NCBI RefSeq assembly: GCF_001999305.1
Contig: NZ_MLHQ01000015.1
Span: 1-24,000 of the forward strand
DNA length: 24,000 nt
Reading direction: 5' to 3'
Origin: Rodentibacter myodis
Lineage (GTDB): Bacteria > Pseudomonadota > Gammaproteobacteria > Enterobacterales > Pasteurellaceae
Each line of letters begins with the position of its first letter. Positions within the stretch are counted from its first letter, which is position 1. Both the position numbers and the translations under genes were made by a program. The notes below the pieces were generated by a model. That model had not been told where the DNA came from. It made no database searches and saw only the letters and a list, made by a program, of their open reading frames with translations. Below, piece by piece: positions 12,767 to 20,199 of this stretch.

Positions 12767-12814
12767 AAAAAAGTGCGGTTGAAAAACACATCAATTTTTA
12801 ACCGCACTTTTGTT
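12767..12814. terminator. Inverted USS pair forming a bidirectional terminator between convergent lysA and hslR
   Basis: aaaagtgcggtt (12769-12780) pairs with aaccgcactttt (12800-12811), a 12-bp perfect stem. A-runs and T-runs flank it on both sides. Confidence 0.7.
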
Positions 12815-13199
12815 ATTCCTGATGTTTAAATTTCAACAAATCACGCCGTTCTTTTTTATTTGGGCGGCGATCAGGGTGAGGCATTGAAAGGGCGTTATTT
12901 TTTCTTGCCCAAGCCATTTCTTCCCGTTTTTTCACGCTTTGTTCTGTTTCTCGATAAAGTTGTTGTGCTTCCGGTGCGCCACGGCGTTGATCGCTTAAGG
13001 CTAAAATTTCTATTTCTTTTTCTTCATTGCCTTGGCGTAATTTCAGAATCGCCCCGATGTCCACGAGTTTGCTCACTTTGGCGCGTTGTCCGTTGTAATG
13101 TACTTTGCCGCCTTCAATCATCGCTTTTGCGATACTGCGGGTTTTATAAAAACGTGCCGCCCAAAGCCATTTATCCAGTCTAACTTCTTTTTCTTCCAT
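12813..13199 (-). CDS. hslR: Ribosome-associated heat shock protein Hsp15 (S4 RNA-binding domain)
   Basis: VRLDKWLWAARFYKTRSIAKAMIEGGKVHYNGQRAK is the Hsp15/S4 motif. The protein has a basic C-terminal tail and is 128 aa long. Confidence 0.9.
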   Translation of the reverse strand: MEEKEVRLDKWLWAARFYKTRSIAKAMIEGGKVHYNGQRAKVSKLVDIGAILKLRQGNEEKEIEILALSDQRRGAPEAQQLYRETEQSVKKREEMAWARKNNALSMPHPDRRPNKKERRDLLKFKHQE

Positions 13200-13267
13200 T
13201 TCAGATCGCTCTTTAGGTAATTTGTGATAAAGTTTGCGCTCATAGTATCACAAAATAAGAGAAGCCT

Positions 13268-13828
13268 ATGTTGTCAAATATTCAAAAATCATTGCCGAAA
13301 ATTTTATCGATTCGCACCGCAGCAAAATCTCGGTTGTTTGAAATTCAATCGGTGGAATTAGCTTTTTCCAATGGTGAACAACGTACTTATGAACGCTTTA
13401 AACCGGGTACACACCAAGCGGTGATGATGATTCCCATTGATGGCGATGAGATGTTGATGATTCGAGAATATGCCGTGGGAACTGAACGTTATGAATTGGG
13501 TTTTCCGAAAGGTGGAATGGACGAGGGCGAAACGGCAGAAGAGGCGGCGAACCGTGAATTGAAAGAAGAAATTGGGCTTGGCGCAAAACAAATTCATTTC
13601 TTACGCTCGGTGAGTACCAACCCAAGCTATATGCGTAGCACAATGCACATTATGATTGCGGAGGATTTCTACCCTTGTCGGCTTGAAGGGGACGAGCCTG
13701 AGCCATTGGAAATCGTGCGTTTTCCCCTATTAAAGATTGATGAACTACTGGCTGATCCGAATTTCAACGAAGCCCGAAATTTAACCGCACTTTATGTGTT
13801 AAAGGATTATTTGAGCAATCGCACGTGA
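13268..13828 (+). CDS. nudE: ADP compounds hydrolase NudE (Nudix family)
   Basis: A 186-aa protein collinear with E. coli NudE (SRLFEIQSVELAFSNG..., REYAVGTERYELGFPKG). The Nudix box is GGMDEGETAEEAANRELKEEIGL, and the C-terminal region contains EGDEPEPLE...DPNFNEARN. Confidence 0.9.
   Translation: MLSNIQKSLPKILSIRTAAKSRLFEIQSVELAFSNGEQRTYERFKPGTHQAVMMIPIDGDEMLMIREYAVGTERYELGFPKGGMDEGETAEEAANRELKEEIGLGAKQIHFLRSVSTNPSYMRSTMHIMIAEDFYPCRLEGDEPEPLEIVRFPLLKIDELLADPNFNEARNLTALYVLKDYLSNRT
13784..13792 (-). repeat. USS core
   Basis: Perfect ACCGCACTT, inside nudE. Confidence 0.9.
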
Positions 13829-13970
13829 GCGGTTGCTCGATAATTCTTTTAATAAAAATGCAATTTATTAAATGTCTTTTAACTAAATCAAAGAAACATT
13901 AAACAATTCTTGAGTTTTCCCCGATTTTTTGCGAAGGTAAACGCCTTTTTATTTAACCTAAGGAAAAATT

Positions 13971-15959
13971 ATGCCTCATTCCAATTTAAAAGAACTCACC
14001 CTTCGTGGGATTATTCTCGGGGCGTTAATTACGGTGATCTTCACTGCTTCTAACGTCTATTTAGGGTTAAAAGTCGGGATGACTTTTGCCTCATCTATTC
14101 CTGCCGCCGTTATTTCTATGGCAGTGCTGAAATTCTTTAAAGATTCCAGTATTTTGGAAAACAATATGGTGCAAACCCAAGCTTCGGCAGCGGGAACACT
14201 TTCTTCCGTGATTTTCGTTTTGCCGGGCTTATTAATGATGGGTTACTGGAACGATTTTCCATTTTGGCAAACGATGTTGATTTGTGCCTCCGGCGGTACG
14301 TTGGGCGTGTTATTCACCATTCCATTACGCCGTGCGATGGTGGTAAATAGTGACTTACCTTATCCGGAAGGTGTAGCCGCAGCGGAAATTTTGAAAGCCG
14401 GTAATAATGAAAACGGCGACAGTGGCGTGAAAGACATTGCTTACGGTGGTGTGTTAGCCGCTTTGGTGGCATTTTTAACAAACGGTTTGCGTGTGATGGC
14501 AGATGGTGCGAGCGCGTGGATTCAAAGCGGAAAAGCGGCATTTCAATTGCCGATGGGCTTCTCCTTAGCATTACTCGGCGCGGGCTATTTAATCGGTATC
14601 GTGGGCGGTATCGCAATGTTAATCGGCACGGTTTTAACTTGGGGTGTTGCTGTGCCGTTTTTCACTGCTTCGGGCGATATGCCGGCGGATATGAGCCTGA
14701 TTGATTTTGCAATGACAACGTGGAAAACCAAAGTGCGTTTTATCGGTGTCGGTACGATTGGGATTGCGGCAATTTGGACATTATTGGTGCTAATGAAACC
14801 GATGGTGGAAGGAATGGTACATTCGTTCCGTATGTTGAAAGGTGAACACGCCGAATCCGAACATCGCATTGATATTGACCTTTCCCCAAAAACAATGATT
14901 TATATTTTGATTGCAACCGTGGCATTGATTGTCATTTCGTTACATCATTTTATTGCGGCCGCCCCAATTTCACCTGAACTTGCTATTTTGTTGGTGGTAG
15001 TTTGTACGTTCCTTGCCGTATTTATCGGTTTCTTTGTAGCGGCGGCGTCCGGTTATATGGCAGGATTGGTGGGGTCTTCTTCCAGCCCGATTTCCGGTAT
15101 CGGGATTATTTCCGTGATTGTGATTTCCCTTGTGTTGGTGTCTATTGGTAATGCAGCCGGTTTATTTGAAACCGCAGAAGGTCAGAAATTTTTGACCGCA
15201 CTTACGCTCTTTACCGCTTCTATTGTATTAACCACTGCAACCATTTCTAACGATAATCTGCAAGATTTAAAAACCGGTTTATTGGTAGAAGCCACGCCTT
15301 GGCGTCAGCAGGTGGCATTGATTATCGGCTGTTTTGTGGGGGCGTTGGTAATTGCACCGGTGTTGGAAATTCTTTATCACGCTTATGGTTTCAGCGGTGC
15401 ATTACCGCGTGCGGATATGGATCCAAGCCAAGCCCTTTCTGCGCCACAAGCCACTATTATGACCACCATCTCACAAGGTATTTTTTCTAACCAATTAGAA
15501 TGGACATACATTTTAAGTGGTGTGGGATTAGGTGCGATTTTAATTGTGATTGACGCTTTCTTGAAAAAAATCAGCCGTAACGCTTTCGCTCTTCCTGTGT
15601 TGGCAGTCGGGATCGGTATCTATTTACCGCCGTCTATCAATATGCCGGTAACCATTGGCGCATTTTTAGCGTGGTTTATCAATCGCCACATTGCGAAGAA
15701 AGGTAATAAAGAAATTTCCGCCAAAGCAGAACGTTTCGGCACATTATTTTCGGCAGGCTTAATCGTTGGCGAAAGTTTAATGGGGGTGATTTTAGCCTTC
15801 ATCATTGCCGCCTCGGTGACTTCCGGTGGATCTGAAGCCCCTCTTGCTTTAAATCTTGAAAACTGGGGTAGCATTGGTGAAGTGTTAGGTTTAGTGGTCT
15901 TTATTCTCGGTATTGCGATTTTCGCCGCCCGTGTATTACGTGCGAAAAAATCTGATTAG
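13971..15959 (+). CDS. OPT-family oligopeptide transporter (integral membrane)
   Basis: A 662-aa polytopic membrane protein. The N-terminal ELTLRGIILGALITVIFTASNVYLGLKVGMTFASSIPAAVISM and the internal NDNLQDLKTG motif are typical of bacterial OPT-superfamily proteins (as I recall, H. influenzae HI_0561-like). Confidence 0.9.
   Translation: MPHSNLKELTLRGIILGALITVIFTASNVYLGLKVGMTFASSIPAAVISMAVLKFFKDSSILENNMVQTQASAAGTLSSVIFVLPGLLMMGYWNDFPFWQTMLICASGGTLGVLFTIPLRRAMVVNSDLPYPEGVAAAEILKAGNNENGDSGVKDIAYGGVLAALVAFLTNGLRVMADGASAWIQSGKAAFQLPMGFSLALLGAGYLIGIVGGIAMLIGTVLTWGVAVPFFTASGDMPADMSLIDFAMTTWKTKVRFIGVGTIGIAAIWTLLVLMKPMVEGMVHSFRMLKGEHAESEHRIDIDLSPKTMIYILIATVALIVISLHHFIAAAPISPELAILLVVVCTFLAVFIGFFVAAASGYMAGLVGSSSSPISGIGIISVIVISLVLVSIGNAAGLFETAEGQKFLTALTLFTASIVLTTATISNDNLQDLKTGLLVEATPWRQQVALIIGCFVGALVIAPVLEILYHAYGFSGALPRADMDPSQALSAPQATIMTTISQGIFSNQLEWTYILSGVGLGAILIVIDAFLKKISRNAFALPVLAVGIGIYLPPSINMPVTIGAFLAWFINRHIAKKGNKEISAKAERFGTLFSAGLIVGESLMGVILAFIIAASVTSGGSEAPLALNLENWGSIGEVLGLVVFILGIAIFAARVLRAKKSD
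15195..15203 (-). repeat. USS core
   Basis: Perfect ACCGCACTT, inside the OPT gene. It is the last USS before the island. Confidence 0.9.
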
Positions 15960-15989
15960 TCCCTAAAATTCTCAGTATTATACAGTTAA

Positions 15990-16019
15990 AAAATCCACCT
16001 TCTACGAAGGTGGATTTTT
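15990..16019 (+). terminator. Rho-independent terminator of the OPT transporter gene
   Basis: Stem tccacctt (15994-16001) / aaggtgga (16007-16014) with loop ctacg, an A-run before and TTTTT after. Confidence 0.85.
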
Positions 16020-16020
16020 A

Positions 16021-16176
16021 TTATAGCCGGATACTTATTATTAAAGTCTTTCTCAATAATCGATCGAAAAACCTCTCCATAGCACCATTATCAAGGCAGT
16101 TACCTTTTTCCGCCATACTTTGTTTCATCCCCTTTTCCTTCAATAAATTTTGATAAGCCTGCATTTGATAAAGTGA
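16021..16176 (-). pseudogene. Remnant of an IS3-family (IS150-like) transposase, C-terminal part of the rve/DDE domain
   Basis: The minus-strand frame reads ...SLYQMQAYQNLLKEKGMKQSMAEKGNCLDNGAMERFFDRLLRKTL... with no start codon. It matches the conserved IS3-family block YQ..Y..LL...G...SMSRKGNC.DNA.ME.FF..LK.E. Only about 50 codons remain, truncated on both sides. Confidence 0.55.
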
Positions 16177-16184
16177 AAAAATCG

Positions 16185-16229
16185 CAAGGAGTATACTCCT
16201 TGTTGTTATCTCTTTACAGAGATAACAAC
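16185..16229. repeat. Two abutting perfect inverted repeats (an 18-bp palindrome, then a 12-bp-stem hairpin)
   Basis: caaggagtatactccttg (16185-16202) is a perfect palindrome. gttgttatctct (16202-16213) / agagataacaac (16218-16229) forms a stem with loop ttac. Function is unknown. Confidence 0.6.
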
Positions 16230-16547
16230 TCCTCTTGCTAAACTTTTTTAAGGAATGTTTGAGGGGGAATAAATGGTATTAAAACTTCGTAATTTCAATA
16301 GGTTATCATTAATCTTTAGCTTTAGGTAACGCGGTCTATTGCTTCTCTTTTGAGCAAATAGAATTCTATGAACCGGAGTAACAGGATTTAAGATTGTTTG
16401 AGTTTACGGATCCTTAGTATCAGGAGAGATTAAGAAAAATATGGGTTTTTCTTTTTCTAAAAATAAGAATACGTGCTTTACTTTCAATTGTTTACGTTAT
16501 GGTGAGCACAGTTTTTAATTAACGATGATTTAATATAGGTACCTTAT

Positions 16548-18224
16548 ATGAACAATTTAATTAAATTTAGCTTAACTCTTGTTGCTGCAGGTATTTTGGC
16601 TGCTTGTGGTTCATCAGGTGGTTCAAGTAATAATGCAGAGGCAGAAAAAGCTGCACAACAGCAAGCCGCAGAAAAAGCAGCTGCAGAAAAAGCAGCCGCA
16701 GAGAAAGCAGCAGCGGAAAAAGCTGCAGCTGAGGCTCAAGCAAAAAAAGATAATGCAGCTGTTAACCGTGGTGGTAAATTTGTAAATAAAATTGGTTCTG
16801 ATCTTATTTTAGATAACGACACTAAAGGTCAAAATTTGAACCGTATGTCTAACAATGCCGAAATGACAGTTCCATTTGAAACTTATAGTGATGGTAGTGC
16901 TTCGGCTTCTGCTCGTTTAGATACAGTTGTAGTGGGTACACCTAATCCAAATCAAAAATCCGGAAAATTAGGTTATGTTGAAGATTTTGATTTTGTTGGT
17001 AATACGGCAAACAACGGCGAAACCACTTTATCAACAATCTATCTTGTAAATGAAAACGATAAAACTGATGCCTCTAAAACTACAGTAGGTGGAACCGCTC
17101 GCGCTAAAACCGAAACCAAAACATCAACTGCCGGTACTGAAGCGGGTAAAGCATTTGTTTATGATAACCAAGACCGTGTGGATTATACCAACCACGGAAA
17201 CACCGGTGGACGCAGTGATGTTGTATTAAAAGACTCTGTAGCTGAAGTTTATGGACACCGTACTTTTGCTCAAGATTATACACAAGATACCGAGAACGGT
17301 ACTAAATATGGTAATAAAGCAGATCAAAGCAATTTACCTTTAGTTACTGCTAAAACCGACCGCTTAGGTAATACTTATTTTGAAGCTCATCAAGTAAGTA
17401 CTCAAGATGGTGTGACTACAGTAAAAAATGCATTAGGACACGAAAATACAGGGGCTGCGGATAGCTATACCGGTGCAACATTACAACGTGTTCAATATGG
17501 TCGTGTTACTTCATCGTTAAATGATTCGGCTTACTTAGAGAATCAAGGACTTTATAAAGATGGCGTGGCACCGAATACCTTTGTGGTAAATTACGGTGAA
17601 TACGGTGATAAAGGTACTGAAAATAACTATTTCTATCGCGGTGTACAACCAACAACTAAAGAAGAGTTAGCGAAATTATCCGGTACTTTAACTTACCAAG
17701 GTCATGCTGTTGCATTTGGTTTACATAATCCGGCGACAGATGGTGTGGCAGGCCCTGTTACTAACACAACGAATGGTGCAGATAATCCCGCTAACGCGGT
17801 TTCAGCAAGACCTTCTGTGACAACAACTACTCCGGCGCCGGCAAATTGGGCATTAAAATCCGGTCACCATGTACAAGCAACGGTTGATTTGGCAACTAAA
17901 GCTGTAAGCGGTAGTGTTTATGATGTTTATCAAAAAGCAAATGCGGCTGACCGTGTTCAAACTTTAGCAACCTTCAAAGGTGATGTTGCTGCACAAGGTA
18001 ATATTGCAGGTACTTCTGCTAAAGCATACGGCGATAAAGCAACCGGTTCTTTCCAAGCAAACTTATTTGGTCCACAAGCTCAAGAGTTAGGCGGTTCAAT
18101 TATTTCTGATGCGAAAGACGCTAATAAATGGGGTGCGGTATTTGGCGCGGTTAAAACCGGCGGTCCTGTTACATTAGACAATCCATTTGCTGCATCAACA
18201 GATAAAAATAACAATTCTAACTAA
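16548..18224 (+). CDS. Surface lipoprotein with a TbpB-like C-terminal beta-barrel (putative Slam-dependent cargo); ligand unknown
   Basis: Signal peptide with lipobox LAAC (Cys20, Gly at +2), a GSSGGSSNN tether and an (A)AEKA repeat stalk. The C-terminal region shows the motif series of TbpB/LbpB/HpuA-type barrels: NNYFYRGVQPTTKEELAKLSGTLTYQGHAVAF, ATVDLATKAVSGSVY, FKGDVAAQGNIAGT, GSFQANLFGPQAQELGGSI, WGAVFGAVK. A Slam gene is adjacent. Confidence 0.85.
   Translation: MNNLIKFSLTLVAAGILAACGSSGGSSNNAEAEKAAQQQAAEKAAAEKAAAEKAAAEKAAAEAQAKKDNAAVNRGGKFVNKIGSDLILDNDTKGQNLNRMSNNAEMTVPFETYSDGSASASARLDTVVVGTPNPNQKSGKLGYVEDFDFVGNTANNGETTLSTIYLVNENDKTDASKTTVGGTARAKTETKTSTAGTEAGKAFVYDNQDRVDYTNHGNTGGRSDVVLKDSVAEVYGHRTFAQDYTQDTENGTKYGNKADQSNLPLVTAKTDRLGNTYFEAHQVSTQDGVTTVKNALGHENTGAADSYTGATLQRVQYGRVTSSLNDSAYLENQGLYKDGVAPNTFVVNYGEYGDKGTENNYFYRGVQPTTKEELAKLSGTLTYQGHAVAFGLHNPATDGVAGPVTNTTNGADNPANAVSARPSVTTTTPAPANWALKSGHHVQATVDLATKAVSGSVYDVYQKANAADRVQTLATFKGDVAAQGNIAGTSAKAYGDKATGSFQANLFGPQAQELGGSIISDAKDANKWGAVFGAVKTGGPVTLDNPFAASTDKNNNSN
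16665..16724 (+). repeat. Four imperfect tandem 15-bp repeats encoding AAEKA units
   Basis: The units are gccgcagaaaaagca / gctgcagaaaaagca / gccgcagagaaagca / gcagcggaaaaagct. They differ only at synonymous positions. Degenerate copies flank them (16635-16745). Confidence 0.85.
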
Positions 18225-18244
18225 TTTGGGTTTTTTATTCGTAA

Positions 18245-18274
18245 ACAGTCCACCTAAAAGTGGGCTGTTTTTTT
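18245..18274 (+). terminator. Rho-independent terminator between the lipoprotein gene and the Slam gene
   Basis: Stem acagtccac (18245-18253) / gtgggctgt (18260-18268), 9 bp with one G-U pair, loop ctaaaa, followed by a T-run to 18274. Confidence 0.75.
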
Positions 18275-18295
18275 CTATAACATAAGAAGGTCGTT

Positions 18296-19768
18296 ATGAA
18301 AAAATATTCCCTTTCCATTGTATTTGGTATGTTATTAACATTGCCTCATTTTAGTTATGCCCAAACCGTTAATATAAGAGATGTTGAAAAAACAAAAATA
18401 GAAACGGATAAAATTAATACTAAAACAGTTCAAGAAGATCTGTTACGACAAGAAATGTTAAGTGGTGAACAAGAATTTAAATTATCCGAAAACGCTAAAG
18501 CAGATTTAATAAAAAATTCAGTTCAGTTAGAACAAGCGATTGTTCAGGCACTTATTTATCGTAATATAAAAGCATTACCTGAATTAATTTCAGTATATCG
18601 ACAAGTTAATGATCGAGATGATTCATTAATTGAATGGGCAGATGCCATCTTATCAATTAATAATGATCTTGATGAGTCTATAAAAATTTATCGTAAACTT
18701 ATTTCGGCTTTTCCTGATAATTCTTTTATTCGCTATCAACTTGCTGAAACTTTATTTTTTAACCAAGAGTACGAAGCCGCAAAAAGCCAATTTGAGAAAA
18801 TAAGAACAACGGTTTCTAACCCTAAAGATGTTGAAGTGATCAATCGCTATATTGATGTGATTAATTCTAAAGAGCAGTGGAATTTCTCATTTGGTACAAC
18901 TTTTTTAAATGATCCTAATCTTGCCGATGCTGCTGATGAGGGTACACAAATGACATTACAAAATGGTGCTGTGCTTACCTATAATACACCAAAACAAAAA
19001 GGACAAGGTATTTCAGCTTGGTTTGGGGCGGATAAACAATGGGCATTATCTAATGGAAAATATTTAAAACTTAGTTCGGGAATGAGTGGAAAATATTATT
19101 GGGATAATAAACGTTATAATGATTTGGATACTAATATTGGGCTGGGATTTGGCTATTCAAATGCGAAGTTTAATATTGAGTTTATGCCACGTGTTTACAA
19201 AAGATGGTATGCAGGTGGATATAATTATGGCAATGCACTTAAACGTTATTCAACCAATTATGGCGCAAGCATAACGACTAATTATTGGTTGACACAACAA
19301 CTAAAATATACATTTAGCTACAGCTTTGGTTATGATAAATATGACAGAGAAGTGAATGCTAACCAATATGACGGCCCTGCACATTATTTTACTAATGCGC
19401 TATCTTATTTACCAAGTGCAAAACAATATTGGATGCTTGCAGTAGATCTTTCTCGTAAAAAGGCGAAAGATCATAGTAATAGTTATTCCCGCTATGGAAC
19501 GCGTTTGGTTTGGGGACAGGAATGGCCGCTTGGAATATCCAGTGCGATCTCTTTAGGTATAGCAAAACGTAACTATAAAGAAGCAAGTTTTTTAGGTAAA
19601 CAGGAAAATAAAGAATATTCATCAGGTGTTTCTTTATGGCATAAAGAAATTCATTATGCAGGTTTTACACCTCGAATTACTTGGAATTATACAAAAACTG
19701 ATAGTAACATTCCGTTTTATAGCTATGACAAATCGCTGATATTTATTGAAGCCAGTCGAACATTCTAA
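18296..19768 (+). CDS. Surface lipoprotein assembly modulator (Slam), DUF560-family outer-membrane protein (type XI-like secretion)
   Basis: Sec signal peptide (...LPHFSYA/Q). The N-terminal helical TPR-like region is IKIYRKLISAFPDNSFIRYQLAETLFFNQEYEAAKSQFEKI. The C-terminal roughly 300 aa show an amphipathic beta-strand pattern rich in Y/W/G/N. The C-terminus reads ...GFTPRITWNYTKTDSNIPFYSYDKSLIFIEASRTF, ending in an aromatic residue as in Neisseria Slam1/2 and other DUF560 proteins. A GAAGG Shine-Dalgarno is present. Confidence 0.88.
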   Translation: MKKYSLSIVFGMLLTLPHFSYAQTVNIRDVEKTKIETDKINTKTVQEDLLRQEMLSGEQEFKLSENAKADLIKNSVQLEQAIVQALIYRNIKALPELISVYRQVNDRDDSLIEWADAILSINNDLDESIKIYRKLISAFPDNSFIRYQLAETLFFNQEYEAAKSQFEKIRTTVSNPKDVEVINRYIDVINSKEQWNFSFGTTFLNDPNLADAADEGTQMTLQNGAVLTYNTPKQKGQGISAWFGADKQWALSNGKYLKLSSGMSGKYYWDNKRYNDLDTNIGLGFGYSNAKFNIEFMPRVYKRWYAGGYNYGNALKRYSTNYGASITTNYWLTQQLKYTFSYSFGYDKYDREVNANQYDGPAHYFTNALSYLPSAKQYWMLAVDLSRKKAKDHSNSYSRYGTRLVWGQEWPLGISSAISLGIAKRNYKEASFLGKQENKEYSSGVSLWHKEIHYAGFTPRITWNYTKTDSNIPFYSYDKSLIFIEASRTF

Positions 19769-20199
19769 TTTTTCAATATAATAAAGTAAGCATTTTCTAA
19801 TTAACTTTAAATAGGAAGTGCTTATTTTATATCTATTATTTTTATCTAAGTATAGTGATGAAATGAATTATGCCGCCTTAAACTTTTTATTGAACTGCTT
19901 AATTTGAGGAAAAAAGCCTTTATATTTGTAAGTTAGTGAAAAGCCTGACTGTAAGTAAATACAATGACAGGATCGCAGGTTTTAGATAACTGAAACAAAA
20001 AGCAAAGTCTGTCGTTGTCGGTGATACTGTCACCGCTGAAATAATCGGCAATTTCGGTATTGGTTTTCGCTTGGGGTTGTTGGCTGAACGATGGTGCTTT
20101 CTTCTTTTCTGTTGTTTAATAGCTCTTGAGTATCTTGTATCTCAATGAGAAGCCAAAATATCAACATAAGGATTCTATAAAAAAGGGCTATTTTCCTAT

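Noticed and set aside
16291-16320. A possible Fur box (ttatcattaatc) upstream of the lipoprotein gene, expected if it were iron-regulated like TbpB.
   Set aside because: Aligned to GATAATGATAATCATTATC it matches only about 10 of 19 positions, mostly the ATCATTA core. That is not convincing.
16441-16518. A 25-codon sORF (MGFSFSKNKNTCFTFNCLRYGEHSF) upstream of the lipoprotein gene.
   Set aside because: The only Shine-Dalgarno-like element (AGGAGA) is about 13 nt from the ATG, the peptide has no recognisable features, and the tract is AT-rich, where such frames arise by chance.
16579-16785. A 68-aa Q/K-rich ORF over the repeat region, and the idea that the 15-bp repeats are a CRISPR-like or other non-coding array.
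   Set aside because: It is the +1 frame of the AAEKA repeats. The repeats are contiguous with no spacers, in frame with the lipoprotein, and vary only synonymously.
19776-19835. A possible terminator after the Slam gene (ataaagtaagca / tgcttattttat).
   Set aside because: The stem is AT-rich, has a wobble pair and encloses a 26-nt loop, so it is unlikely to be stable.
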